Part shown: one piece after another, positions 18,461-33,400 of the stretch
How positions within the stretch are numbered: position 1 is the first letter of the stretch
Layout: each line of letters starts with the position of its first letter
DNA from: Cenarchaeum sp.
GTDB taxonomy: Archaea > Thermoproteota > Nitrososphaeria > Nitrososphaerales > Nitrosopumilaceae
Direction of reading: 5' to 3'
Assembly (NCBI GenBank): GCA_963693095.2
Contig: OY843768.1
Location: 32,001-96,000 of the forward strand
DNA: 64,000 nucleotides
Program-made: the position numbers and the translations under genes
Notes under the pieces: model-generated
What the model was told of the DNA's origin: nothing
Database searches by the model: none
The model's input: only the letters and a program-made list of their open reading frames with translations

Positions 18461-21400
18461 GTGCAGGGGCAAGCCCACGCGTGCCGGAGTCGCGACCCAC
18501 CGTCGGGTTTACGCACTGTCTTTGCCCTCGCAGCCATTGCGTGCGTGGCCCTGGCCTACGGGATCCCTGATGATGCCCTCGCGCAGACGGCCCTCACGGC
18601 GACTGCCGAGTTTACCGCCGAGGACACGATCACGCTCACGTTCAGCTCCGCCCTTGATGCCTCCTCGATATCTGACACGTCGGCCTTTTCTGTCTCGCGC
18701 CTCTACTCGACAGGGCTTCTTGGCTCAGTATCGTACGAGTCCGTCGCGCTGCGCGATGACGATCCTGCCCTTGATGGCGATGTCATATCGCACACGGCCG
18801 GCCCGCCATCAACAGTCTCGATCCGCCTCCGGTCCGGCGTCAACCTCCCTGCCGCCAATGTCATCTACACGATAACGGTTCCCTCCTCGGTCCTCGCCGC
18901 TGACGGCACGGCGTATGACACGACGGTGACGAGGCCCACGGCAACGTATGACACGATTCCGCCCGTGATCGTCTCACCAAAGTTTCTCGGGCATATAATA
19001 GACATCCCGTTCACCGACGTCATCGACCGCGACTCGCTTCCGACAACCTTTCGCGTGACGATTCCCGATGGCGTCGATCCCCGCCTGCGGACTGATTCAG
19101 ACACGGCCCCTGATGTCGTGCCGCTCTCGGCGACGCCCGTGCGCCTCGTGTCATCCTCGCGCATCTGGATTGCGCTCTTTTCTGTGCCAGTTCCGGGCAC
19201 GGTGTACACCGTGACGATTCCAGGCACGATCAGCGATGATGGCGCGCCAGAGCGCAACCTTTTGCCAGCACAGGAGCTCACCGTGCACTCTGGCGGGAGC
19301 GTTCTTGACGTCACGCGTCCAGTCATCGTAGAGTCGCGCTTTGTCTCGCTTGGCACGATTCGCCTCGAGTTCAGCGAGCGCCTCGCGGATCCCGTGCGCT
19401 CCACATTCCAGGTCAACGGGCCGTCGACGCCGTCGGGAATCGGGCCGGCGATCCCGCTTAATGGACTTGTCGTGTATGACGCAAGCGCGCGCACGATAGA
19501 CCTGAACCTCCTTGGCACGCTCTCCGATGGCACGTACACAGTCACGCCGCTCCAAGTGCGCGATGCGTCCTCCCCGTCCAACGCGTACACGCGCGGGCCT
19601 GTCAGTGTCGTGCGCGACACGACGCAGTTTGGCGTCGACTCGGCCCGCACGGCCGGCCAGACGGTCACGGTAGTGACGCTTGGCGGCTTTGTGCAGGGCG
19701 GCACGACGTCTGCGTCACAGTGGTTCATCACCGACAGCGCCCCTGGTTCTGCTGCCGCGCGCGCCCTAGGCGTCGCCGCCGGCGGGACCGCCCTGGCGCC
19801 TGCCGGCGTCGTGCGCGACACGCACGCGACAGGCTCGACGGACGTCCCTGTCTCCGGCACGCGCACGCTCACGCTCCTCCACGCGCCGCTGCAGCGCACC
19901 GACGCGCGGCCCACCATAGAGTACAGGCAGGGAGATGACGCGACTCCGATTCGCGGGTACACGCTTCCAGTCTCATCGACTGTGAGCCCGCATGTCGTGG
20001 CGAGTGACGGCTCGCCGCCAAAGCTTCGCTCGGCTGCGTTCACGGCGCCAGACACGATAACGATCGAGTTTAGCGAGGCGATAAACCTCGGCACGCTGCC
20101 CAGGCCACAGTTGGTTCGCATCGCCGGTCCGACGATATTTGCGGCCACATTCGTCGATCTCTCCGCCGAGTCCCCGCCGGTCTACTCGACGCCCTCTGGC
20201 GTGCCGACATATGTCATCACGCTTGCCAGTCCGGCTGCCCTCGGCGTCGCGCACGCCGTCGCGCTTCCACGGGGACTGAGCGACGCGGCAATTCTGCCCA
20301 ACGCGTACTCGGGAGTGTCCGCAATTGTCTCCAGGCCCACACTCCCGCCGCTCGGGGTGGTTCCCACAATCTCCACTGGCGGCATAAACCTCGCCTTTGA
20401 TGCGGTTCTTGACAGCGGTGCGGTCTCCTCGGCGACCTTTGGCGTGCGACCGCTCCTCCGTGGCGTGGAGACGAACGCCATCGCAAGCGCCGACCTAACT
20501 GTCACGCACACGCCAAACACGAATGCGATCCTCCTCGGGTTTCCCCCCTCGCACCCGCTCGTCGACACTACGGTCTATCACGTGTCAGCCTCTGGCGTGC
20601 GCGACTCGCTTGGACGCACGTTCGCCGGCCCGATCAGCGTGACATACGACACGGCTCCGCCGACGTTCACTGCGAGAACGTTCTCCAACTCGACGACGAC
20701 GGTGGTGAACTTTGGCGAGGCGCTCGACTCCGCCATACCCGACCGAACACTCCTTGATCCGGCAAAGTGGTCAGTTGCCGGAAGCGACTCGGTCATCCGC
20801 GCGCGCGTCGACATCTCGGAGTCTACCGTCTATACGCCGCAGATATCGCTGACCCATGGGCCGACTGCTGACACCACGCCAGACGTCACGTACAGCCCCG
20901 CCCTTGGCGCCACGACGTCTGCAGACGTGCGTGACGCCTCGGGCCTGCCCCTGGCCGCGCAGACCGTCTCGGCTGCCGACGGCCTGTCGCCGTCGATAGT
21001 CTCGTCTCGCTTTACCGGTGCGGACACTGTCAGGATCGAGTTTAGCGAGCCAATGTCGTCCGTGGCGGCGACTGGCACGCCGGCCGGATTCACCGTGGCG
21101 CACACGGCCGGTCAGGCAGCCGCGACGCTCACCTATGCGAGCGCGCCGGCCGAGGGCGCCACGGTTGTGATCACGCCGACTGGCACGGACTCCTCGGTGG
21201 CTGCCAACACGTACACTGGCGGCGAGATCAGCGTGACGCGCGACCTTGCGGCCCCCACTGCGACTGCGCAGTTTCGCGGGGACTTGGCGATCGCAGTCAC
21301 CTTCAGCGAGGCACTCGACGCGGACACCGTGGCCGCTGACGAGTTTTCCATAACGCTCACGCGCGGCACGGACTCCTCGGCGGTTCCGGTCATCACGGCC

Positions 21401-24400
21401 TCCTATGACTCTGCCACGATGGCCGTGGTCCTTGGCACCGCCACGCTTGACACGACGCTTCCGCACACGGTGATGGTGGGCAGCGGAATCACCGACACGT
21501 CGGCCAACGCGTATGCGACAGCAGGCCCGCTCAGCGTCTCTGCGGACACGACGGCCCCCTCGTTTGCCGCGAGGACCACAACGTCGCAGACCATCGAGCT
21601 GACATTTGACGAGGACATCTCGGCAGTCTCGGGCACTAGCGCGACGGCCTCTGACTGGAGGGTCGACCTGACTCCGGGCGACCTGACTGACCCGGCCTCT
21701 GTCATCACGCCGATCTCCATCTCTGGCGCCCTGCCGGGCAGGACGCTCACGCTCACGCTGCCCTTTCCGACACTGCTTGCCACCTTTACGATTGCCCCCT
21801 CGGCAACGCCGTCAGTGACATATGTCGCAACGACGCCGGCGTACGCCGATGCTGCGGCGAATCCACTTGCCACGGGGTCAAGCGCGCGCGCCACTGACGG
21901 TATCGCGCCATCGGTGAACAGCGTGTCGATCTTTGGCCCCATCCCGCTCGTGCGAACGCCGGGCATGGGCATTGGGTTTAACTTTGCGCTCGACGAGGCC
22001 GCAGCCAGTCCCGCCTGGGAGGACCTGCTCATCTATACCGGAGCTGGCCAGCGAACGGCCCTGCCCGGCACCATTGACAGTAGCACAACCACTGAAGGCT
22101 CGACGATAACTGCGACCTATGTGGTAAAGGATGACGATCCGATGGGCCCGCTCCAGTTTCAGATGATAGTGCGCGACCTTGCCGGAAACGCACGCGTCAT
22201 CACGCACGAGGATGCCACCGGCGGCATCACCATCGCGCACAACACGGCGCCGACGTTCACGGCGGCAACTGTCTCGCCGACTGTCACGCTCGTCACGCTC
22301 TCGGCGCCACTGGCCATCGGCACGAACCTCTCGTCCAACCTGCGCGAGGCCAACTGGCGAGTCGAGGAGACGACGTCCACGTCGCCGACTGTCACGCTGG
22401 ATGACAACAGGGGCGTCACCTTTGCGCGAATCTTGTCCCTTGGCGACAGGCCAGTCGTCGAGCTGACTCACGAGGAGCTCGTCGGCGAGCTCACGCCACT
22501 CGTCACGTTTGCGAGGACGGGCAACGTGCTCCTGGTCAACCTGGCTGACGTCGCCCTCGCCGACGCCTCGGTTCGCTCGGTGGCCTCGCCGCCGCTGTCA
22601 TTCTCTGCGGCCACGACGAGTGCGACTACGACTGTCGTGACGTTCTCCAGGGAGATAGTCTCAGGTGTGACGTCGGCCTTTGAGTGGCGCGTGTCAGGCA
22701 GCCACCAGGGAGCGCAGGACGGGCGCGCCCTGGGCCTCGCCGTCGGCGGCACGCCGGCCATGCCTGCTGCCGTGGTCGCCGACTCTAACCCCAACGGGCG
22801 CACGCCCGTGGCCGTCTCGGGCAGCTCGCTCACGCTCCTCCACGGGGCACTTCCGGCCACAGACCTCGTCCTCAACGTGGCATATTCGCTCTTTCCCGGC
22901 AACCCCGGCCTGCGCGGCGCAGACGGCCCCCTTGGGGAGACCTCGCCGCCGCATGTCGCCTCGACAGACGCCTCGCCCCCCCTAGTGCGCACGTCCGAGT
23001 TTGTCTCGGCTCGCAAGATCGTACTCACGTTCAGCGAGCCGCTCGCCGAGCCCTCGCTGCCCTCGACGTACACGGTCCGCTCGGCCGGCGCGACTGTTGC
23101 GCTCTCGGACTCCGAGTCCCCTGCGTACGGCATGGTCGACGGCTCTCCGGCCATAACGATAACGCTTGCCGATTCTGCAGCAGACGCCTCGACGTACACG
23201 ATCGAGCTGCCCATGTCGATAACTGACGAGGCCTCCAACGCGCATGTCGCCGGTTCGGCATCGGCCACATACACTGCAGAGCTCGTGGCGAGCGCGGCGT
23301 TCACCGCCGAGGACACGATCACGCTCACGTTCAACCGCGCCCTTGATCCCGACACGATAGATGACACGTCGGCCTTTGTGATAACGCGCGTGAGCACCGG
23401 ACCAACACCGCAGGTGATTGCGCTAGCGACTGACGATCCCGCCACTGCCGACGATGTCGTCTCATACACTGCCGGCCCGCCGTCGACTGTGTCGCTAACT
23501 CTGAGCTCGTCCATAGGAATAGCCGGCATCGAGGTCATGTACAGGGTGGGCATACCCTCCACGGTCCTTGACATTGACGGTGCCAGTTACGGCGACTCTG
23601 TCCCCATGCCAGTTGCGCAGTATGACACGATAGCGCCGACTGTCGTGTCGAGCCATCACGAGGGCAACTCACTCGTCATAAAGTTCAGCGACACGATCGA
23701 CCCGCTCTCGGTCCCGTCGACGATATCAGTGACGATACCTGATGGCCTTGACCCCAATATAGCGACTGACACGGACACCAACGCCGATCTCGTCCCCCTC
23801 TCAGTGACTGACGCCGTGCGCATGACAGCGCCTGACACGATGCGCGTGACACACCTGCGCGCATTTGTCCCGTCTGTCACGTACACGTACGAGCTGCCCT
23901 CCTCGATAACTGATGACGGCGCGCCTGCGCGCAATGCGCTAGTCGCCACGACACGGACGCACACAGTTGCCGGCTCGGCCGGCACGGGCTCGCCTACGGT
24001 GACTAGCTCCTTTTTTGCCGCAACAGACCGGATTCGCCTCACCTTTTCAGATTCCCTTGCTGACCCCCTACGCGCCGCATATTCGGTAAACGGGCCGGCC
24101 GACGGGGACGGGACGGGTCCGGCCGTTGCGCTCGCGGCGACTAGTCCTGTCTCGTATGTGTCTGGCTCCCTTGACATTACGCTAGCCGGCTCGACGCATC
24201 CGGACGGCACGTACACCGTCACGCTCGAGCACGTGCGCGATGCGTCCCTGCCGTCTAGGCCATACACGGGCGGCTCTGTCAGCATTGAGCGCATCGGCGC
24301 AGCGCCGTCAGTCTCCTCGGCGCGCACGCTTGATGCGACGACCACAGTCGTCACGCTGAGCAACGCGATCACGGCCGGCTCGACGTCTGCGTCGCAGTGG

Positions 24401-27400
24401 CTCATCACCGACAGCGCCACCGGCTCTACTGCGGCGCGTGCCCTCGGCGTGGCCATCGGCGGAACTGTAACTAGCGCGGCTGCAGTCACTGCGGACACTG
24501 ACGCGATGGGCCTCACCGACGTGGATGCCGGAGTCTCTACCACGCTCACGCTGCTCCACGGGCCGCTCTCGCGAACCGACGCGACGCCGACGATACAGTA
24601 TGCGCAGGGCACTGATGCGACGCCGCTCTCGGGATGGTCAGGCACGCTTGTGTCGACTAGCTCCCCGCACGTCACGTCAGCTGACGGCATCGCTCCGACT
24701 GCGACGGCCTCGTTTGCCGGCCTGCAGGCCCTCACGCTCACGTTCAGCGAGGCCCTCACGACGCCGATTCCGGCGACGGGCTGGTCTGTGAGCGTTCCGG
24801 ACAACACGTTTGCGCCACCGGATGTGGGATCCCTGCCCGATGACATTGGCGTCTCGGCCTCCACTCCTCCGGCCTACTCCTCAGCAGGCGGCACGCACAC
24901 CATCACGCTAACGCTTGAGCGCAACGCGCAGTATGGAATCGAGCACACAGTCACGATACCGACGATCCTCGATGCGTCCTCGCCTGTGTCCAACGAGTCC
25001 GCCACGACTGAGGCGATGGTGACGTACATGCCTGACATGCCGACGAGCACGACTGTCGACTCGGCCGTGACGCACAGCAGCACGATCACAATCGTGACTC
25101 TGAGCGGCGAGATCGTCGGCGGCACGACTGCTGCAAACCAGTGGTTTATCACGGACAGCGCGCCCAACTCGCCGCGCACACCCGTCCTCGGCGTGGCCGC
25201 CGGTGGTTCGGAGGGCTCACCGGTCACGGTAATTGCGGATTTTGGCGATCGCTCTACGCCGATCCACATCGGCGGTGTCTCGACTATAACGCTCCTGCAC
25301 GAACGCAACGGGCTCACGTCGGCCACGCCGACCATAGAGTACGCGCCCGGCGGGGACACGACGCCCCTTCGCGGGCTTGCCGGCCCGCTCGCGCCGACTG
25401 CCTCGCCGCACATAACTGCAGCCGACAAGGCACCTCCGACACTTGACAGCGTGAGTATCAGCTCTCCAACAGGGGGCGGCATAATTTTTTCATTTGCCTT
25501 CAGCGAGAGCGTCGCTGATTCGCCTGCCAAATTTGCGTCGTCATACAGGATCACGACTCCCGGCGCGCTTCCAACTAGTCCTGTGACAGTATTGGGCCAT
25601 AGTGTCTCTGGGTTTTTCACATTTGAGACAACCATAGTGGGGCTCTTGTTCAACCCTTCCCTCGGGCGTACGTACACAGTCACGCCATCTCCTGACATAG
25701 TCGACCTTAACGGAAACGCGTACGCCGGCGAGGGGCATTCTGCGAGATACATTGATGATGCTGGATTTTTTGGCTCGGCAGTCTTTGTGTCCTCAACGGC
25801 GATCCTTCTAAGCTTCACCCATACTCTAGACGATCCTGCGGTGGATGACTTTACGGTGATCGACCCTGACGGAAACGAGTTTGACCCCGCGTCCATCAGT
25901 CACGTCTCGGAGACAAACACAGTTACACTGTCGCTCAACGCGGCAAACGCGGCTATCGAGGGCGAGACGTACACGATCGAGATAGCCTCCGACCTGCCCT
26001 CGATCCGGCGCTCCACGTATGCTGGCGGGGATCTCGAGGCCACGTATGGGGTCCTCACGCCGACGTTCACGGCTCGCACGGTCTCGGCAACGCAGACAAG
26101 GGTCACGATCAGCGAGCCGATCGACGCGGGCATACCTGACGCCGTCCTCCTTGATGCGGCAAAGTGGTCAGTTGAGGGAAGCGCCGGCGTGCGCACCGCG
26201 CTGGTCTCCTACTCGACGCCCGTGGCCGCAGACGGGACGCGCGCACTGGACAGGAGTCCGGTCATCAACCTCGTCCACGAGCCCACCACGATTCCTGCAC
26301 CGGAGATTGCCTATACCGCAGGCGCCGGCGGCACGCCTGCTGACGTTATCGACACCTCAGGCAATGCGCTCTCCGGCGAGGCCGTCACGGCAGCTGACGG
26401 CGTGGCGCCTAGCATAGTCGCGACGCGCTGGACCAACGAAGCGATGCTCATAGAGGAGATTGGCGATTTTGGCCAATCCTTTATCGGGCTCTATCCACCG
26501 TACAAGCGGAATACCGAATCGTTTATCGTAGAGTTCAGCGAGCCTCTAACCAGACTGAACGTCACTGTGCCCAATGTCACCACCACCAGGCAACCGTTCC
26601 CGCGTGACCATTCGACCTGGGCTGTGACCTATACGGGCATAACAGCAGCCGTCACCGGCACTGTCCTTGATCTGGAATGGCGAGCCCAGGACGACGCCAG
26701 TCCTTGGAATGCCAGCACTGGCCGACTTGCAGTCACGGTTCGTGACTTTGCCGGCCCGACGGCAACTGCCGAGTTTCGCGGCACACATGGCATTAATGTC
26801 GTGTTCAGCAAGCCGCTTGACGAGCGGACAGCCCTTGCCACCAACTTTGGCGTGACGCACAGCCCAGGCGGCGAAGTTGAGTCCATCGCAATAGAGTCGG
26901 CCGTCTATGATGCCGCATCACGGACCATGAGGCTGAACCTGGTCGGCCCGTCGAGCACTCCGGCCTCGACATCAGTCAGCATCTCTGATGGCCTCACTGA
27001 CATGTCGAAGAACTCGTACGTGGGGGGCAATGTGGGCGTCAGTGCCGACACCTCGAGTCCGACGTTCACGGCGCGCTACACGTCGCACACGACGATCGAG
27101 CTCACGTTTGATGAGGATATCTCGGTGCCCCCAACGCAGTTGGCTCTCGCCTCGCACTGGATAGTCGACACGACGCCCCTTGACACAACGGACACGGCAG
27201 CCAACGTCACGCCTACCTCAATCGGCGGCACGCTACCCGGCAACACGATCACTCTCACGCTAGATGACGATGACGCGCTGGCCACCTCGTCGAGCCCGCG
27301 CGTGTCATACGTTGCCATTCCTTCGACATATGTTGACACGTCAGGCAACGTGCTCCTAACGGGATCGGCTGCGATCGCCGCTGATGCGACACCGCCGGAG

Positions 27401-30400
27401 ATCACGTCAGTCAGCTCCTTTGTGCATATATCAGACAGCATGTCGCGCACCGTCGGCGGGGCCGGCGACACGCTGCGCCTCTCGATCACGGCCGGTGAGA
27501 ACATTAACATCACGACCAACGACGTTCTCTACTATACGGGACCGAACCAGTCGCCAACGCGCTCGGACACCATACAGAACCTTGGCACCATGTCGACGAT
27601 CGACCGCACGATCGGGCAGAGTGACCCCAATGGCCTGCTCCACTTTGCAGTCGCCGTGCGCGACAGTGCGGGAAACTTGGTGACCGTGACACACGAGGAC
27701 GCCGACGCGCGCGTCATAGTGGACACGGCACCGCCGACGTTTACGGCCAGGACGATCCTGCCGACAACGACGATAGTCACGATCAGCGAGGCACTCGGCG
27801 GAAACCCGAGCGTCCCGCTGGATCTGCGCATATCTGACTGGCTCGTCGAGGAGACGACTAGTGCTGTGAGCACGGAGACGACGACTGATGACGCTGCCCT
27901 GACGTCAGTGAGGCTCATCGAGGCCGGCTCTAGTCCGCGCATAGAGATCATACACGAGCCCCTCGTCGCGAACCTCTCACCACTCGTCTCGTTTCTCCTG
28001 TCCGGCTCGACGGTTCTCCGCGACGCGGCCCTCTCGTCACTCGAGCCTGCCACGGTCCGCTCAGTCGACGCGCTACCGGATCTCTTTGTTGCGCGCACGG
28101 AGAGCGCTACGATAACTGTGGTGACGATGACCAGGGAGATCATAGGCGGCTCGACGGAGGCCGGACAGTGGTTCGTGACTGACAGCGCCGCCGGCTCGAG
28201 TCGCGCGCGCACCATGGGCATCGCCGTTGGCGGCACGACTGGCTCACCGGCTGCAGTCATCGCAGATACCACGCAGGACGGGTCATCTGAGGTGCCCGTC
28301 CAGTCGACGACCTCCTTTACCCTCCTTCACGCGCCGCTCATGCAGACAGACTCGACGCCTACCATCGAGTACGTGCCCGGTGCTGATGCGACGCCGCTGC
28401 GCGACAGGCGCGGTCCGGTTCCTGCGACGAGCGCACCGCACATCACGGCTATCGACGGCGTCCCGCCGACATTTACCTTTGGCTTTGTCACATCAGAAAG
28501 CATTCTCATATACTTTTCAGAGCGCGTCCACACCGACAACCCCGCCGGTGCCGGCAGGGAAGGCTGGTTCAGTGACCTGACACCTAATACGCCGCTTGAC
28601 ACCACAGTGGATCTTGCCGCCACCGCTGGCAGTGGAGCGACGATACCCGCAGGTCAAACCTTTGGCAGGTACATGGTGCACTTTTCACGAACGGTGGTGG
28701 CTGATGACACCATCGTCGTAGAGTATGTCCCGCCTGCAATGGGTATAGTCGACTCGGCAGGCAACGCGTTGACCGGCTCGAATGCGCGAGCGTCACTTAC
28801 CGCAGTTGGCGTGGATGCGGTGAGCGCACGAACGGTTGACGCGCGAACCATAGTTGTCACAATGCCCGATGACTGGCCCACAGATGTCCCGTTGCCGGGT
28901 GTAACTTGGAGTGTGCAACGTCAGCCTAACGCCCCCTATATTTTTATGGTTCAGGCGGCGGGTCTCACTGTGGATAATCCACTCGTCGTGGGATCCAAGC
29001 CATTTGGCGAGTACACGATCACGCTGCCAGAAGACGAGCCCATTGTGCCGGATGTTACGGCGATCGTGATAGCAACTCGCCCAGGCGTGGCGATCGGTAA
29101 CCCTGTCATGCCTGATCATCGACTTCTACCTTTTATCTTCTTACCTACCTTCGATGGCGTCGCGCCGGTGCCGACATCGATATCGGCAACGACGACGCGC
29201 ATGCTAGAGGTGACGTTTGACACGCCAGTCACGTTTGATGGCACAGACACGTCCGAGTATGCGGACCACTGGACACTCACCGAGGGTACCGGAGATGACG
29301 CAACCGAGGTGCGCATCACGTCAGTCGCGACAAAGGCTGGCGTCAACAACATAATTGAGATTGCGCACGACGCGCTCTCCTCCACGGCTCCTGTCGCGAT
29401 GCTTTCATATGTGGCAGACGATGATCATGACGGGCGCCTGCGCGACAGGTATCCCACGGACTTCAACTTTGTCAACGACTTTGAGATGATGCTCCGTGAC
29501 GCCGTGGGCCCGTCATTCACCGCCGTAACGATGACTCCAACGACGACACTAGTCATGTTTACCGAACCCATCACGGGCACGACTGTGGCCTCGGACTGGA
29601 CAGTCGACGGCTCGGCGCCGACGGCCGTCTCCCAGGACTCCTCGACGCGCGTGACGCTCACGCACGCGCCAACGTCTGGCGGCGAGGCGACACCGGCCAT
29701 AACGTACAGCGCGCCGGTACCGCTGGGGATCTCTAGGGCCTACACGACCTCGCTGACCACCACGAACGTTGAGCTCGCCTCGCCAGTCAGCGAAATACCG
29801 GCGCCTACGAGATCTCTCTGGGTACTCGAAGAAGTTGGCGGAAGTGTGCTACCCGTTGCCATAACTCAGGAACTGTCTGATGACGGCCTGACGATCACGC
29901 TCACACACGCCGCGTACTCCTCGTCGGCCTCGACAGGATTGCTTGGATACTTTCCACGCGGCACGCCCATAGTCGGTGGGGGCGGCTCGCTTCCCGAAAC
30001 AACGGGAATTAGCGTGAGCGACGGTGCGCCGCCGACCATAGTGTCAACAAGCCCGACCTTAGTTAGCATTGCGGGACGTGCCTCTTATGTGATTGACGTC
30101 ACGTTTAGCGAGCCCGTACGCTCGACACTTCCCGGCAATTTCATTGACTATCGCAACTGGCTCATTGAGCGAACGCGCAACGATGGCACCAAGGATATAC
30201 TCTCACTTCAAGATCCAACCCCTGCGGCAAACCAGCTGTCCCTCACGTTTCAGATTCCCCAGCCTGACAATAACTTCGTCGGTGATGACACAGCCGAGGC
30301 GTTCTTTAGGCAGCGCGTTTCTGGCGGACTGGAAGATCTCGCCGGCAACCGGCTAGCGACAATGACCCACCCTTCCGAGCTCACAAGCGCACCGACGTTC

Positions 30401-33400
30401 ACGGCCCGCACGACATCGCCGACGACCATAGCGTTGAGCTTCTCCACGGAGATCCAGGCCATTCCATTTTACGAAGACGCCCCGCCCGCAGATGGCTGGC
30501 GCGTCTATCCGGACGCCGACTCGACTGACTATGTCGTGCCGATGTCCATCTCGACGATCCCGTTCGCGCCAACTACCCTGACTGGCATAATACTCACGCT
30601 GTCAATGTCTGATGCGCTAGATGCCAGCTCAACGCCGCGCATAGAGTATGTCGATGACCCGCCGCTCATCGAGAGCTCACCCGAGCCGGCAGGCATAACG
30701 CTCACAAATGTCCCGTCATACGACCTGCGCACGGGGACCCTTGACGTTGCGGATGACGGAATACCGCCGACATTTGATGCCGTTTATGCCACATCAGACG
30801 CCTCGTCCACGACGTTCACGCTAGTCTTCAGCGAGGGGCTGCGCGCGACATCGCTCGCCATTTCGGGCGTAAAGCCCACGATATTCGTCACATCGCCCTC
30901 GGACTCTGCGCTTGTGCCCACGCTAACCCACACCGACGGCTCGAACAGGGCGACGCTCACGTTTGACTCGCTTCTCGTAGCCGGCACGTACATGGTGCAG
31001 GCCACCTCGGGGATCCTTGACTCCTCGGCGAATGCGCTCACCGCACGGACGATCAGCGTGGAGTGGGACTCGTCGATGCAAAGACCGCCACCTCCGCCGC
31101 CGACGACGCCTCCGCCAACGACACCGCCGACGACGCCTCCGCCAACGACACCGCCGCCGACGACGACCACACCTCGCTTCCCGACATTCCTCAGCGATGC
31201 CGCCGGCCTCAACGTCGCGACGGTTGGATCAGACGATCCGGTCATCGCCGCCGACGGGGTGGTACCGACGTTCACGGCTCGCACGACATCGCCGACGACT
31301 GTGCTCATAGAGTTCAACGAGCCAGTCTCCGGCGCGACTGCACTAGGCGAATGGACAGTCGCTGGCGCGACGGTGAGTTCAGTCGAGCCGGTGTCACTTA
31401 CGGCCGCCCCGTCACTCACGATCACGCACTCGGGCCTGTCGACTAGCGTAACGCCGGCAATAACGTTTGACGGACGTGATGACGGCGGACTCGAAGACGG
31501 CGCAATGAACCCCATGGCGCCGGTGACTGCGCAAGATCCGGTCATCGCCGCAGACGGTGCCCCGACAACCTTTACGGCACGCACGATGTCGACTACGACT
31601 ATGCTAATAACATTCAGCGAGCCGGTCATGAGGGCTCCCTCGTCATCACCACAGCCGACCTCTTCTGAGTTCTCCGTGGCAGGAACGACGGTCACGGAAT
31701 TCTCCGAGACGTTTCTGTCCCCCGCATCAGAGCTCACGCTCACGTACTCGCCTGCACTGCCGACTGGCGCAACGCCGGCAGTCACGTTTGCCGCACTTGA
31801 TGACTGGACCCTCGTTGACCAGGCCAACAATCCGGTCGCCGACGTCACGGCCGTCGACCCAGTCATCGCAGTCGACGGCGTGCCCCCGACGTTCACCGTG
31901 GCGGTGACTGCTGCGGCAGCCCCGCCGGCGGCCTCGACTGTCACCGTGACGTTTAGCGAACAGGTTCGCGCGAGCCCGTCTGCATCATCAATCAACGTGA
32001 TCAACTGGCTCTTTGACGTGACTGATGGCACGCCTGGCGCGACGCCTGTGACTGTCCGGCCCACGACAATAGCGCTGAATTCGGATTCCGTGACACTCCT
32101 CCTTGGCATCACGCGCGCCGACCTCGACTCGGCAACAGTTGATGCCTACTATGCGGTTCGCAGCCAGGCCGAGCCCACGTTCCTTGACCTCGCCGGCAAC
32201 GCAGTCAGCCAGGCCGAGTCGCCCTCGGTGATGGAGAATGAACCGACGTTTACGGCCAGGACTGCCAGCTCGACGCGCATAGACGTCACGTTTGACAGGG
32301 CAGTCAGGACAATGGAGGGAGCCCTCGCGCAGGCCTCGGACTGGCGCGTGTACCCCGATGCGTCATCATCAGACCATGTCGTCCCCACACTGGTGTCTGC
32401 CCCCTCTGGCCAGAGCCTCGCCGCCGGCGGGACTGGCACGACCCTGCTATCGCTCGCCTTGGCCCCCGGCGATGCGCTTGACACGGATGTCACGCCGCGC
32501 ATCGAGTATGTTGCCACGCCGCCGACGCTCGAGGGCGTCGTGACTGCGACGATCCTCGTTACGCATCCTCTTCGCGCCGGCACGGACGCGACTGCGCTCG
32601 ATGGCGCGCCACCACAGCCGGCCTCGGCGACCACAAACTCGCCCGAGCAGACAACTGTCACGTTTAGCGAGCCGGTGAACTTTGCCGGCAACAGTTTCAT
32701 AGTCCGCATGGCGCACTGGGCAATCGACGAGAGCGTGGGCGGCCTGACACAGCGGAGAGCCGTCACGTCAGTCACGCCACACGCGACTGACACAGAATCG
32801 CTGGTTCTCGCCCACGGGACACTCGAGTCGACGAGCGTCAGGCCGCGCATCACGTACATTGCGGGCAATGATGATGACGGAAGGATCGTGGATCGCGCAG
32901 TTGATGCTGCCGGCATGCCAAGCCCAAACGAGCTTGACGTGGACAGGTTCGTGGTGGCCGAGGACGGCACCTCGCCTGCCGCAGCATGCCTCTCGGTGGC
33001 AGTTATCAGGGACGGCTCGGAGCGCACGGGCCCGTTTGCGCAGTACGCGCGAGCCGGCGACAGGATACAGGTCGGCCTCGCCCTAGTCGAGGCCGTTCCG
33101 CGCCTCACGCCGCCGACGGTGAGGTTCATGGGCGGCGACGACGTGACGGTGATGGCCCACGGGAGCGCGGGGTCGTTTTGCACCGCCACGTTTGCGCAGG
33201 CGTGGGCCGCCGAGCACACCATACCTGACTATGAGACGGATCCCGCCGAGTTTGCGTTTGTCGTCACTGGTGCTGACCCACGGGGCAACACGTTCACATT
33301 CATGCAGGACTCACTTGACACGGCCAATGTCATTATAGACACCGATGCGCCGGGCCTTGACGGCAGTGCCGCCGACGCGCTGCGCATGGACCAGGTGGAG

